Positions 29,511 through 38,704 of a DNA stretch of 51,303 nt are shown piece by piece. The notes below the pieces were generated by a model. The model was not told where the DNA came from. It searched no databases and worked only from the letters and a program-made list of their open reading frames with translations. The DNA comes from a virus (lineage: Duplodnaviria; Caudoviricetes), in the IMG/VR virus record IMGVR_UViG_3300050011_000546, positions 1 through 51,303 of that record; one strand, written 5' to 3'. Numbering within the stretch: position 1 is the first letter of the stretch; each line of letters starts with the position of its first letter. The position numbers were made by a program, and so were the translations under genes.

Positions 29511-30473
29511 TTACGACGTCGTCAGGTCGAACACGCCGCCGGACGATTTCTCGTTGCGCGCGACCAGCGCATATTCCGAGAGAATCTGCCGCCGGTCGGA
29601 GTCGCCGGTTTTCGCCAGCGGCAGCGAGACCATCTTTCTGCCGTTGAGATAGGCCACCGCCCACTTGTCCATTTCCAGAACCAGCACGTCGCGGGCCCGC
29701 TGGAAGCGGTTGGCAACGACCTTGAGCGTTCCGAAATCGGATTCGTAGGCATCGACCGACGCCACAATTTTCTTCGACTTGGCTTCTTCGAAAGCGGTGG
29801 CGCGGCCGGTGAAAGTCGAGAACACCTGCTTGTTGAAGGCGCCGGTGAAGATCACGCCCGGCTTGCCACCATTGGTCCAGATCGAGGACAGTACGGTCTT
29901 GAGCGAAGCCTCGGTGAAGGCGCGCTGGGTGCCGTCGGTACGCGAACTGGTGCCGTCGCTCGGTGACGGGTTGGCCGGCGAACCGGCGGTACCCATGCTG
30001 GTATTGCTCGCGATCCAGGACAGGATCGACGCCGTCTGCCGCGCCGTCGTGGTATTGCCGGCGACCTTGGCCTGGTTGGTGCCGACCAGCGTGGTTTCCA
30101 TGTCGCGTTTCAACTCAAGGCCCTTGAGCATTTCCTGATACGCCAGTTCGTTGTCGCGGCCGGCATGATCGACCGCCTGCTGGGTGCCGGTTACGCGCGC
30201 CACCTTGTAGGAGATCTGGCAGAGATTGCCCAAACGAACCGTCGGCGTGGTGGTGTTGGTGGTGGGATCGTCGCCTTCGAGCTGGGCATTGGAGCCGGAA
30301 GCCGCCGCCAGCGCCTGGGTTTGCCATTCATGATTGACGGCGGTGGCTTTTTCCTTCTCCGCGCCGGTCATGAAGGGGGTATCGGTCGGATCGATGCGAT
30401 AGATCATATCGCTGAGGTCTTCGCGGTTGCCAATCGCCTGATAGGTGGCAAAGGTGGAAGTCGGGAGAGTCAT
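29511..30473 (-). CDS. Major capsid protein (DUF5309/SU10-type)
   Basis: GNREDLSDMI, HEWQT, NxCQI, ELKRDME, YESDFG, LAKTGD. Confidence 0.88.
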   Translation of the reverse strand: MTLPTSTFATYQAIGNREDLSDMIYRIDPTDTPFMTGAEKEKATAVNHEWQTQALAAASGSNAQLEGDDPTTNTTTPTVRLGNLCQISYKVARVTGTQQAVDHAGRDNELAYQEMLKGLELKRDMETTLVGTNQAKVAGNTTTARQTASILSWIASNTSMGTAGSPANPSPSDGTSSRTDGTQRAFTEASLKTVLSSIWTNGGKPGVIFTGAFNKQVFSTFTGRATAFEEAKSKKIVASVDAYESDFGTLKVVANRFQRARDVLVLEMDKWAVAYLNGRKMVSLPLAKTGDSDRRQILSEYALVARNEKSSGGVFDLTTS

Positions 30474-30475
30474 AT

Positions 30476-30830
30476 TCTCTGTGTCCTTGATGATGGCCGG
30501 CGCCGTATGGCTTCAAGCTGCGCTGCGCGCAACTGTTCGGCCGTGCCTTGAGCAAGCCGGCATGTACGCTCTCGCGGTGAGAGCTTGAATGGGTTCTGAC
30601 TTCGGATAACTGCGATTCTCGTTCCTGTTCGCGGATGCAGTTTCTTGCAGCAGGGCGCGAGGCAAGGCTTTGAAATCGCTGTTGACGTCCTTTGTCCAGG
30701 ACCTCGGGTGCGCGATGGGCGGAAGGGTCTCTTCCGGTTCGGCTTCTCCCGTGGGGGTATTTCGCCGGGCGCCTGTCTTGCAGGGTCGGCGTTTGGCATA
30801 TTGCCAATTCGGGTGTTCTGCGGTCGCTTG
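30476..30830 (-). pseudogene. Degraded scaffold gene remnant
   Basis: Canonical scaffold position; frame-broken IQALTAR...LRAAQL..RRR resembles the C-terminus of 11438-12622. Confidence 0.45.
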
Positions 30831-30984
30831 TGTCAGCGCGCTCTCAACAGATTATTGTTCGGGTTGTAACGCAATGCCGCAAGACCGACTGCCGACGGAT
30901 CGCTTCAGTCTTCGTTGCCATTGGCGTCGCGCGGGATGACGCGCCCGATCAAAGTGCGGACCTTTCGGGTGTCGTCTCTACGCG

Positions 30985-31246
30985 TCGAGAGGCTTACAGC
31001 CTTGACGGTGCCTGCACGAACCAAGCTGAGGAATATTTCAGCCGCTTGCGTCAGGCTGAAATCGGCATCCATCACCATATCGCTGGCGCATATTTACTTC
31101 GCTACGCGCAGGAGTCGTCATGGCGGGAAGATAACCGCCGCGTCTCCAATGGCGATCAGGTGAACCGCGTAGCAGCGCTGGCAATGAAGCGAGGCAAGAG
31201 CGTTGATCTTACCGGGTACTGGCAGCGGCACGTAGAAACCGCATAG
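30985..31246 (+). mobile_element. IS1595-family transposase, C-terminal fragment
   Basis: TNQAEEYFSRLRQAEIGIHHHIAGAYLLRYAQESSWRED...GYWQRH. Confidence 0.8.
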
Positions 31247-31251
31247 CCAAA

Positions 31252-31524
31252 TCATTTTTTCTTTGGTTTTTGAATCGGATTTACGACCGCAGCATCGACG
31301 ATCAAATTAGGCGGCGATCCCGGCTCGGTCGCTCTTTGAAGTTGCAGATTATTCGCTAGAATCATCACGCCGGGTTTAACGTCAGTCGGGACAAGCCCTA
31401 TCATTCCTATATTCAGGCCGAATTCGATAGCAAGCACCCATTTACCTTCGTGTATGCCATGCTGCTTAAGTAGAGATTCGGTGACCTCTTTTAGACTAAA
31501 AGTAAATGATGTCGTTTCAACCAT
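31252..31524 (-). CDS. Hypothetical protein
   Basis: Low-GC ORF overlapping the end of hicB. Confidence 0.6.
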   Translation of the reverse strand: MVETTSFTFSLKEVTESLLKQHGIHEGKWVLAIEFGLNIGMIGLVPTDVKPGVMILANNLQLQRATEPGSPPNLIVDAAVVNPIQKPKKK

Positions 31525-32077
31525 GGGCCACGCTCCCAGTATGGGAGTACTCGATTAATTTGGGTGATAGATTGTTGGCGCTCGACTGATGCCAATTTGT
31601 ACCCATTCCTTGTGCTGAGGTAGGAATAAGCACAAGATTACCTGCGCCGTGATTGAAGGGAATTAAGTTCACGACCGCCACGCTGCCTGACCACATCTCG
31701 CGGGAGTTCATAACGGCATTTCTTATACCTGCGGAAGAGGTGCTCGCAGTCAGCACAAATACCAAGTGCTGATTTAAGCTGACATTTTCATACTTTGCGC
31801 GCTCGATGAGCTGTGCATGAAGGGTGCGGGGTAATCTAAGGAGAATCTTCCCGCTCGGGAGATCGTCGAGTTGGGGCTTTGACGGATCGGGGATAGGGTT
31901 GCCAGCATTGCTGGCCGCTAGTTGCCAAGCATCGATAGCATCGCGCAATTCTGCTACGGCTTCCTCTTGGGTTTCGCCGAAAGCGGAGCAGCCCGGCAAA
32001 TCTGTAGCGACGGCAATAAATCCTTCGTCCTCGTCGCTGTAAAATACCTGAGCCGGATATCGTTGTGCGTCGATCAC
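31517..32077 (-). CDS. hicB: HicB family antitoxin
   Basis: DLPGCSAFGETQEEAV plus RHH-type SGKILLRLPRTLH...VSLNQ. Confidence 0.88.
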   Translation of the reverse strand: MIDAQRYPAQVFYSDEDEGFIAVATDLPGCSAFGETQEEAVAELRDAIDAWQLAASNAGNPIPDPSKPQLDDLPSGKILLRLPRTLHAQLIERAKYENVSLNQHLVFVLTASTSSAGIRNAVMNSREMWSGSVAVVNLIPFNHGAGNLVLIPTSAQGMGTNWHQSSANNLSPKLIEYSHTGSVAHG

Positions 32078-32343
32078 TTTTTACTCTCTGCTTCCGTTTC
32101 GTTTTCGGGCCAGTACTTCGCAATCATTTTTTGCAGTTGCTTGGCTTGATATGGCTTAATCATACCGTTCCTGTTCTGAAAATTCAGAAGGTCTGACTCC
32201 CCAGATTTTGAGTATGCTGCATGTGAACCCTTTTGGCCCTTGGCATTGAAGCCGAGCCACCCAGCGACCTTGCAAGCATCGTCGTAGCGAACATTTTTCG
32301 CGCTTTCCCGGATCGATGCGATGAGTGTTTCACGGGTTGACAC
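32074..32343 (-). CDS. hicA: HicA family toxin
   Basis: GF...KGSH...KPYQAKQ; overlaps hicB. Confidence 0.82.
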   Translation of the reverse strand: MSTRETLIASIRESAKNVRYDDACKVAGWLGFNAKGQKGSHAAYSKSGESDLLNFQNRNGMIKPYQAKQLQKMIAKYWPENETEAESKK

Positions 32344-32541
32344 TATTTGCTACTACAGATGATATCACTATACAAATGGTTGGGTTCAAACGCCTTTTAA
32401 CGGCTGAATCGTGAGATTACGCAACTTTAACGTGATTTGAGACCGAATGGAACCCAATTCGGCCCGATTATTGGGCAATTTCTTGGTCCTATATACCTCG
32501 CATGTGCCTTTTCAGCCGTTAGTTGTCGTTATCTTTGAATA

Positions 32542-32556
32542 GAACAAAACGAGAAT
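32542..32556. promoter_or_regulatory. Degenerate LexA box
   Basis: GAAC-aaaacga-GAAT (one mismatch), upstream of hicAB. Confidence 0.45.
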
Positions 32557-32584
32557 AACGTCACTCTCTTCCCAGGCTATCGCC

Positions 32585-32884
32585 TCACACGATCCCGAAC
32601 CGCCTCCTCCGCTCGGCGGTCTGCGCCAACTCCTTCAACTCAGCCTGCGCCAGTTTGCCGTTGGCGATGATGGCGGCGAGGTGGTCGCGGACCTTGCCGA
32701 CGATATTGATGGCGAGAAACAGTTTCTCGCGAGCACCAGCGTCGTCGATCGTGCTGGCGCGCCATGCCGCGGTGTAGTTTTCCTCCAGTCCGCGAAAGGC
32801 TTCGGTCAGCAGTTCGTTGTCGATCAACTCCTGCGCGCGGAGCGCTTTGACGGCGGCCTGGTCCAGACGGTTTTCGTCATTCAT
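32585..32884 (-). CDS. Conserved small phage protein normally following the portal
   Basis: RAQELIDNELL..AF...W......AREKL...GKLA; start MNDENRL. Confidence 0.75.
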   Translation of the reverse strand: MNDENRLDQAAVKALRAQELIDNELLTEAFRGLEENYTAAWRASTIDDAGAREKLFLAINIVGKVRDHLAAIIANGKLAQAELKELAQTAERRRRFGIV

Positions 32885-33018
32885 CGGCTTTTGTCCTTTT
32901 GCATTCTTGTTCGTCTTCAGATCATGACTGTGTGCGGTTGCCTCCATGACCAAGGCGGTTTCGTCCACATCCATCTGATGCTGCGCTTGTCGTCTCAGTT
33001 TCGCTCGATGCGCGATCG

Positions 33019-33837
33019 TCACTTCGACGGGTAGGATGGATCAATGGGCAGCGGGACCCAGGATCCTTCACGCAAGGTGGAGGCGCTGATGGTGAACCCA
33101 ACCCGGCAAGAGCCACGCGAGAGATAGAGCGTGCTGTGGTCGGCATCGACATCCACCCGCTCGATGAAGAACCGGTTGAGTTCTCCCTCCAGGCCGGCTG
33201 GAAACAACAGCGTCACGCCACTCCGATCGATCTGAAAAATGCCAATGGCATCGAAGCAGTCCTTCGCTCCCTCAAATCCCACGTAACTCTTGATTGTACC
33301 GTTCGTGCCCTGACGTAGGCTACCGGCATGCGCACTCGCCCTACGGTCACGATCTAATGTTTCCCTTTCGGCGGGCGACATAGGAAGGGGTTCGTCTTCC
33401 TTGCGAAGGCGAGTAATCTTGTTCAGGATCGCCTCCGGCCCTCTAGCGAACGCGTACACCAGCGGCACCCACTCGCCATTCCTTTGCTGTTGTTCGCTGA
33501 TGTCGATATCGATCCGGCAGGACTCCGCTTCGAGACGTCGTCGGAAGGTAAAGTCATCGGGGCCGGCCGTCGGGTCCATGTGGTAACCTGGACCGGTGCC
33601 CTTCATCATCGCCACGATGTCCGTCACGTTGCCAAGGGGACGGATTCGAAATAGTCCGGTTTGTTGCGGGCATATCGCGTCCGTCGCGGAGAACATAACG
33701 CGGAAGATGGCAAGCCGTGTGCCGAAAACGCTGGTCAAGTCATTGAGGTCCATATGCCCGCTTGATTTCTGGGCCAGCGCTGCCGGCGACAGCGCCATTA
33801 TCAAAAGTGCTGCAATGGCGTGAGCGGCGCGCAACAT
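33019..33837 (-). CDS. Sec-exported putative immunity protein (two-repeat), paralog 1
   Basis: Signal peptide ending ALA-QK; two CRxxxxIS...GxWVPL repeats. Confidence 0.6.
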   Translation of the reverse strand: MLRAAHAIAALLIMALSPAALAQKSSGHMDLNDLTSVFGTRLAIFRVMFSATDAICPQQTGLFRIRPLGNVTDIVAMMKGTGPGYHMDPTAGPDDFTFRRRLEAESCRIDIDISEQQQRNGEWVPLVYAFARGPEAILNKITRLRKEDEPLPMSPAERETLDRDRRASAHAGSLRQGTNGTIKSYVGFEGAKDCFDAIGIFQIDRSGVTLLFPAGLEGELNRFFIERVDVDADHSTLYLSRGSCRVGFTISASTLREGSWVPLPIDPSYPSK

Positions 33838-33898
33838 CCGTTTTCCATCTTCGGTTGAAAGCAGCCCATCTAACCGGGCCGGCCATCCTTACGCAACA

Positions 33899-34537
33899 CT
33901 ATCGAGGCCTGCTAATGGTAAATTTACCGTCGCCTCCCACCGTGACCGTCAATGGCCGCGCTGGACTGGCTTCGATCAAAGCGTAGCGTATACCGTCGAA
34001 TGCATAGAACGGACTGGTCGCTGTAAACATTAGTCCGGTATGATCGGCGGTCAGATACCGATGCGTTGGTTCAGTGGTCACCAACCCGTACAGATCTCCT
34101 CCATCGCTTATGGCCCCTGAATTTCCTGTTCGGTCTGCCTCGACTAACTTCCACTGATCATCCATCTTTTGCTTGTTGACAAGAGACTCTGCCGGTGTCG
34201 GATTGGCAAAGCCGTTGAAGGGAGGAGGTTCGGCGCCGCCTTGATCCGAACTTGGGTTCGGACCACCTCCGACATCGCCGCCCACAGAACTGAGACCATC
34301 GCCGCCTTGCGATCCGCCGGGGCCCGGTGCGCCGACATCGGATTGACCTGTTCCCGTTGCCGGCTGTTGCGGTGGGCTCTGCGGCTGAGGCTGCGCCTGC
34401 TCCGTCTGTATCTGAGCAGGTTGAGCCTGCGCTTGCTGAGCTATGCCATCGGCGAACGGATCGTAGTCAACCGGAACGAGTGAAACGTCGGAAAAATCCG
34501 GCTGATAGTCTACCGGCACCAATGAAAAATCAGGCAT
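33899..34537 (-). CDS. Class B cargo (SLVPVDYQPDF leader) with beta-rich C-terminal domain
   Basis: Start MPDFSLVPVDYQPDFSDVSLVPVD overlaps the third portal-end copy. Confidence 0.65.
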   Translation of the reverse strand: MPDFSLVPVDYQPDFSDVSLVPVDYDPFADGIAQQAQAQPAQIQTEQAQPQPQSPPQQPATGTGQSDVGAPGPGGSQGGDGLSSVGGDVGGGPNPSSDQGGAEPPPFNGFANPTPAESLVNKQKMDDQWKLVEADRTGNSGAISDGGDLYGLVTTEPTHRYLTADHTGLMFTATSPFYAFDGIRYALIEASPARPLTVTVGGDGKFTISRPR

Positions 34538-34615
34538 GATGAACCACCAACATGTATTTGCCGCGCCGCTTCGGGTCCGGAACATAATGGTGGCCGTCCC
34601 GGGCTTTCCGCGAGT
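34530..34615 (-). repeat. Third copy of the portal 3' end
   Basis: Encodes SRKARDGHHYVPDPKRRGKYMLVVHHA*. Confidence 0.85.
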
Positions 34616-34679
34616 GGGCCAAAGTGCAGCACCGTCACCGTATTTCTTCTTCCGCTACCAAAAATGACTTCCGAATTCC

Positions 34680-34916
34680 TCATTGCTGCTTTCCCAATTT
34701 GCGAAGCTCGGGATAGTCGCCATAAATCGATTCATACAGCAACCCGTCTATACGTGCGATGATTTCGCCCATCAACTTCTTAACAGCCAGGATCTCCTCC
34801 TCTGAACTCGTAGCTTTTGCAAGAAGCAATGCGGAATTTAGCTCCTTTATTGCTTGTTCGGCGTGTGTTTGGAATCGTTTGGCTGTTTGAATATCCATCA
34901 GAGACGTCCCATGCAT
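34680..34916 (-). CDS. Orphan immunity-like protein resembling 38126-38350
   Basis: MDxxxA...SSEE...G...I...P pattern shared with 38126-38350. Confidence 0.5.
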   Translation of the reverse strand: MHGTSLMDIQTAKRFQTHAEQAIKELNSALLLAKATSSEEEILAVKKLMGEIIARIDGLLYESIYGDYPELRKLGKQQ

Positions 34917-35011
34917 TATGCTACGCTGCGCGTTGTGCGGGGTTCATCTTCTGCGCTTCCGTTACATCCATCGGACGACTAACCTTCTCAGTTTCGTTCG
35001 ATGCGCAGTCG

Positions 35012-35818
35012 TCACTTCGACGGGTTGATTGGCGCGATGGCCAGCGGGACCCAGGATCCTTCACGCAAGATCGAGGCGCTAATGGTGAACCCAACCCGGC
35101 AAGAGCCACGCGAGAGATAGAGCGTGCTGTGGTCGGCATCGACATCCACGCGCTCGATCGCAAAGCGGTTAAGTTCTCCGCCTAGACCGGTCGGGAATAA
35201 CAACGTCACGCCTCCCTGATCGATTAGGTAAGTCCCGACGGCCTCGAAGCAGTCTTGCATTCCCTCAAATCCCACGACGCTCTTGAAAGTTCCGCCTACT
35301 CCCTGACGCAAACTGCCGGCATGCAATCTCGCCCGGTCGTTGCGACCATGTGCTTCGAGTTCGGCCGGCGACAACGCGGGGCTATCATCGATTTTGCGAG
35401 TGAGACCACCCGAGGTGGCATTCGGCCGGCTAGCGGACGGCAGCAACAGCGGCACCCACTCGCCATTTCTTTGCTGTTGCTCGCTGATGTCGATATCTAT
35501 TCGGCAAGAATCCGTCGAGACACGCCGCCTTTCGGTAAAGTCATCGGGACCTGTCGTTTCGTCCATTCGCCAATCCCGACCGCCCGGAAGAACGGTCACG
35601 ATGTCCGTCACGCTGTCATTTGCCCTGATCCGAAATGTTCCGATTTGCTGAGGGCAAATCGCATCCGTCTTGGAGATCGCAACACGAAAGACCGCAAGCT
35701 GCGAGCCAGGTACGCCGCTCATGTCCTCAAGGTCCATATGCCCGCTTGATTTCTGGGCCAGCGCAGCCGGCGAAAGTGCCACCATCAAAAGTGCCGCAAT
35801 GATGTGAGAGACGCGCAA
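35012..35818 (-). CDS. Sec-exported putative immunity protein, paralog 2
   Basis: Paralog of 33019-33837 with near-identical C-terminus. Confidence 0.6.
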   Translation of the reverse strand: MRVSHIIAALLMVALSPAALAQKSSGHMDLEDMSGVPGSQLAVFRVAISKTDAICPQQIGTFRIRANDSVTDIVTVLPGGRDWRMDETTGPDDFTERRRVSTDSCRIDIDISEQQQRNGEWVPLLLPSASRPNATSGGLTRKIDDSPALSPAELEAHGRNDRARLHAGSLRQGVGGTFKSVVGFEGMQDCFEAVGTYLIDQGGVTLLFPTGLGGELNRFAIERVDVDADHSTLYLSRGSCRVGFTISASILREGSWVPLAIAPINPSK

Positions 35819-35900
35819 TGTCTATTTGTCCTGGTGGATATCAAATCGGAAAAAAGTCGCCGCCAAATGTAATCGCACCGACTATTTTTACGCAACTACA

Positions 35901-36527
35901 TTAAGGCGGACTTATGGTAAGCTTGTTGTCGCTCGTGACTGTAACTCTAACTGGGTGCTCTGGACTGGCATCAAAAGTCGCGTAGTGCGTACCATCGAAG
36001 CCATAAAACGGACTAGTTGCTATAAATGTTACTCCAGTGTCGGCGTCGGTCCGGGCCACGAACGATGGTCCTGTGGTTACGAAGTGGTACGTCTTGCCTC
36101 CTTCGATGACGTTAGCTTTCGCTTCCCTGGCATCGATCGCCCTTTCCTGATCCTTCATCTTGCCCTGGGCAACAAAAGCCTCCGTTGGCGTCGGATTAGC
36201 GTAGCCGTCAAAGGGAGCAGGCTCGGATCCACCTTGATCCGAAGTCGGGTTGAGATCACCTCCAGCATCGCCGCCACTGGGACTGAGACCATCGCCGCCT
36301 TGCGATCCGCCGGGGGCGCTCCCGCCTACAGCCGGCGTGCCGACATTGGGTTGACCGACTCCCGTTGCCGACTGTTGCGGCGGATTTTCCGGTTGAGGCT
36401 GTGCCAGTTGAGCCTGCGCCTGCTGAACCGCGTCATCAGCACCGAACGAATCGTGGTCAACCGGAACGAGCGAAACGTCGGAAAAATCCAGTTGATAGTC
36501 TACCGGCACCAAAGAGTAGTCAGACAT
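35901..36527 (-). CDS. Class B cargo, paralog of 33899-34537
   Basis: MSDYSLVPVDYQLDFSDVSLVPVD; ANPTP and ATSPFYxFDG motifs. Confidence 0.65.
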   Translation of the reverse strand: MSDYSLVPVDYQLDFSDVSLVPVDHDSFGADDAVQQAQAQLAQPQPENPPQQSATGVGQPNVGTPAVGGSAPGGSQGGDGLSPSGGDAGGDLNPTSDQGGSEPAPFDGYANPTPTEAFVAQGKMKDQERAIDAREAKANVIEGGKTYHFVTTGPSFVARTDADTGVTFIATSPFYGFDGTHYATFDASPEHPVRVTVTSDNKLTISPP

Positions 36528-36930
36528 GATGAACAACCAACAGGAATTTGCCGGGCCGCTTCGGGTCCGGAACATAATGGTGGCCGTCCCTGACTTTCCG
36601 CGAGCCTGGTACGGGGGAACGCTGCATCTTCTGCGCTTCTGTCGCCTTCAGATGCGCGTCGAATAGCGCCATCTTGGCGTCGAGGTCGGCTTTGATCCTC
36701 GCAAGCTCGATCTCAGCCTGGGCTTTGACCTGCAAATGGATGGCGTCGTTTTGCGCTTTCTGTTGCGCGATCTGCGCCTGATGCGCGGCTGTCGCCTGAT
36801 CGATCTGCGCCTTGGCCTGAATCTGCAGCAATTTTGGGTCCGGCGGCGGCGCGGGCGGTGGCGCCGGCGGATGCAAGAGCTGCCCGGCCTGCGGATTGAT
36901 CGCGTAGGGATCGTTAAAAAACTTGTCGGG
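36520..36930 (-). repeat. Second copy of the portal 3' end (~410 bp)
   Basis: PDKFFNDP...PPPDPKLL...QNDAIHLQVK...DGHHYV...VVHHV* matches 38697-39110. Confidence 0.9.
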
Positions 36931-36954
36931 CCCTCGTTATTTATGCAGCTCTTG

Positions 36955-37341
36955 TCATACGGCTTCAATAATCTTCGCCGAGGCGTCGTCGGGAACACAT
37001 CGGAAGCCACATGCCGAAAGTATCAATTTTTCATTTCCTCGCCAAAGACCGTACCGGTTACGTACCCACAATCCGAGACCGAAATGCATAGAATTTAAGT
37101 GATCCTTGTTCGTGACCATCATTTCGAGCTTTTCGTACGGAGTAATCCGCGGCAGAATATCGCGTACGACTTCTTCTACTGTTACGGGCCAGTTTTCTTG
37201 ATTGAGCAAAAATGGGTCCGTTTTAATCTCAGGGGTCGTCATCCACATAGTTATCAGGAAGACCGCGATAAGGACTAGAATGCTACCGCATGCAAATTTC
37301 GCTCGGCGGCTCCACGATCCATCATTTTCCAGACTGAGCAT
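36955..37341 (-). CDS. Membrane-anchored DUF6794-like protein, possibly truncated
   Basis: N-terminal TM; HFGLGLWVRNRYGLWRGN. Confidence 0.55.
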   Translation of the reverse strand: MLSLENDGSWSRRAKFACGSILVLIAVFLITMWMTTPEIKTDPFLLNQENWPVTVEEVVRDILPRITPYEKLEMMVTNKDHLNSMHFGLGLWVRNRYGLWRGNEKLILSACGFRCVPDDASAKIIEAV

Positions 37342-37502
37342 TCGAAAATTCCTCTCTCTTTGGCGACCTTAGCTTGGGACTAAAATGGCCCGGGGGAATT
37401 TAGGGCTGTCCAGGAGACTTCTTGGAGGGGCCGTTGGTGTTACCAAGTACAGAAACGTCGCGCCGTCAAAGGCGGCGGCTTACGCTATGCCAATCCGCTC
37501 TT

Positions 37503-38003
37503 CTATGATCTGCGCCGGAACGACAGTGCGAGGAGTTCTTCGCGCGTCAGCCTCTCTTGTGGCTCTTTTAGCACGATGGCTGTAAGTGCTGCAGGATCTC
37601 TCCGAACGTATCGCCGAACGTCCACGGTAATTGGGAATACATCGTCAACGCCCAGACCAAGGAAGCGAGCAAGCGCCTCTGGACCTCGAGACGTAACTTC
37701 GGCATCTTGATAGCGCGCAAGGTGAAACCATTTGCCACTGCGTTCAATCGAGAGAGCCAGGAAGTGTCGGGTGGCGCGCGGATGTTTGACGTCGAAATTT
37801 CCGAAAAGCCCCCATACCTCTAAGCCATTCGCGAGGCAAACCTGGGTACCTACTATCCTGTTGTCGAGGGTCTCAACCGGGAGCTTCTCGACCGGCCGGG
37901 CCATTGTCTCGCCAATTTCATCGTCGTTCAAAAACTCCCAGACAGGATGAGCCTTGAAGTCGGCCACCATCAGCGATTCAGCAGGCTTGATGTTCTCGAT
38001 CAT
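37503..38003 (-). CDS. Hypothetical protein, orphan immunity candidate
   Basis: Low-GC ORF within the cassette array. Confidence 0.5.
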   Translation of the reverse strand: MIENIKPAESLMVADFKAHPVWEFLNDDEIGETMARPVEKLPVETLDNRIVGTQVCLANGLEVWGLFGNFDVKHPRATRHFLALSIERSGKWFHLARYQDAEVTSRGPEALARFLGLGVDDVFPITVDVRRYVRRDPAALTAIVLKEPQERLTREELLALSFRRRS

Positions 38004-38125
38004 GGCGCTGGAAACCCGTTTTTGAGTAACGCATCATAGAGCTTCGTGCCGTGCTCTGCATCGAAATCTTTCGTGTACGCCGCAAGTTCTTGGAGTGCCT
38101 GCTGCCTCTCCGTCGGACCAAGGCT

Positions 38126-38350
38126 TCAATTCCCAGGTGGCAGTAATTCCTTTGGAGTAATATCGATAAATTTTGAATGCAAAGAGGCAGAGATATCTAT
38201 CAGGGCGGACAGCGATTTTCCAAGTGATAACACGACCTCTGAAAATTCTTCAGAAGAAAGATTGTTTTTCATGTAATGCGCTATGCCATCTAAATTGGCT
38301 CGCGCTCCTATTAACATTCCATCAATCCTGATCGCTGCATCTCGGTCCAT
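38126..38350 (-). CDS. Putative cognate immunity for 38372-38704
   Basis: Small helical ORF just downstream of the cargo. Confidence 0.55.
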   Translation of the reverse strand: MDRDAAIRIDGMLIGARANLDGIAHYMKNNLSSEEFSEVVLSLGKSLSALIDISASLHSKFIDITPKELLPPGN

Positions 38351-38371
38351 TTTACGCTCCAGGTTCGTTTG

Positions 38372-38704
38372 CTAAAAGTGTCTGTCCCATCTTCGGAAGC
38401 CGGAGGACCCACCTGACATACATGCGAGCATGCACCGATGAAAGCTGATTCCATAGTCGGTGGTCGGCAAGGCCAATACGACGCATTTGCTAATGCAATC
38501 ATCCTTGTTCAGAACTGGAGTTGGAGCAGCTAGAGTTGGAGCGCGGGCAGATCCAGTACTTGGCACTGGGGTAAACGCCCCGAGAGCCGTTAAATCAGTG
38601 GGAGTTGCGCCGTCGTTGCTGAACTGATCGTGGTCTACGGGAACCAACGAAGCATCTCCGAAATCCGGCTGATAGTCTACCGGCACCAAAGAGTAGTCAG
38701 GCAT
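38372..38704 (-). CDS. Class B cargo with short Cys-rich C-terminal domain
   Basis: MPDYSLVPVDYQPDF start overlaps the portal stop; CISKC...FHRCMLAC. Confidence 0.65.
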   Translation of the reverse strand: MPDYSLVPVDYQPDFGDASLVPVDHDQFSNDGATPTDLTALGAFTPVPSTGSARAPTLAAPTPVLNKDDCISKCVVLALPTTDYGISFHRCMLACMSGGSSGFRRWDRHF

